Assembly (NCBI GenBank): GCA_044229145.1
Contig: JBGATO010000001.1
Span: 64,001 to 128,000 of the forward strand
Direction of reading: 5' to 3'
DNA from: Candidatus Eiseniibacteriota bacterium
Lineage (GTDB): Bacteria > Eisenbacteria > RBG-16-71-46 > CAZEPH01
Length of the DNA: 64,000 bases
Below, piece after piece: positions 63,685 through 64,000 of the stretch. Every line of letters starts with the position of its first letter. Positions within the stretch are counted from its first letter, which is position 1. Below the pieces are notes generated by a model, which searched no databases, was not told the origin of the DNA, and was given only the letters and a program-made list of their open reading frames with translations. Both the position numbers and the translations under genes were made by a program.

Positions 63685-64000
63685 CTACGACGCGCGCGGC
63701 GCCGTGTCAACGACATGAGACCCTTCGCGAGCCCATCGCGTTGCGGCCAGAGCCAGGGTCCGCGCGTGAATGGTCACCGTATCCTCGAGCCGACGGGCAT
63801 AGCCGCCCGCCAGCACGATCGCCACCGCGGCGCCGGCCTCGCGCGCGAGGTCGATCACACAGGCATCGCGAGCCGCCAAATCGTCGAGCGTGAGCGCCAG
63901 CCCGCCGAGCTGATCGTCGATGTAGGGATCGGCGCCCGCGACGTAGAACACCAGTTCCGGGCGCGCGGTCGCCAGCAATCGCGGCAGGTGCGCGCGCAGC
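63685..64000 (-). CDS. Histone deacetylase/AcuC-family protein, C-terminal part
   Basis: PELVFYVAGADPYIDDQLGGLAL...LAGGY. Confidence 0.85.
   Translation of the reverse strand, partial: LRAHLPRLLATARPELVFYVAGADPYIDDQLGGLALTLDDLAARDACVIDLAREAGAAVAIVLAGGYARRLEDTVTIHARTLALAATRWAREGSHVVDTAPRAS

Overview
A roughly 70% GC, mostly core-genome segment of a Gram-negative (LPS-making) bacterium. A FlgD-Ig-type C-terminal domain and the gene content suggest an FCB-related or candidate-phylum organism, but that is inference only. The minus strand carries translation genes (rplM-rpsI, rpsB-tsf-pyrH-frr), recJ-relA-maf-mtnA, Zn-ribbon/rnhA/rnpB, grpE-dnaJ-rsmE-rpsU-mutS2-dnaG-rpoD, lepA-lepB-hemW, and glmM-glmS-ridA-selD-selC. 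There are four tRNAs (Val-CAC, Ile2-CAT, Sec-TCA, Thr-CGT) and a ~12 kb LPS/envelope glycosyltransferase locus. The most interesting items are: (1) an operon with a CysRS paralogue lacking the anticodon-binding domain, a tandem GNAT and a 4-Cys microprotein, which may be a tRNA-independent cysteine-ligation pathway; (2) a secreted S74-chaperone fibre protein plus a small Gly-rich/FlgD partner, next to an ECF sigma/Ser-Thr kinase pair; (3) a selenocysteine-containing SelD with a SECIS hairpin beside tRNA-Sec, with a downstream CDS that appears to start inside the tRNA; (4) a structured ~200-nt leader and an ACG start upstream of a lytic transglycosylase; (5) an LmtA-like methyltransferase in the LPS locus; (6) a DgcA/DgcN-like module with a nitrilase-family partner. 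Several frameshifts and deletions (lepA, rsmE, one GT9, DUF362) may be sequencing or assembly errors. I saw no CRISPR array, integrase, transposase or rRNA.
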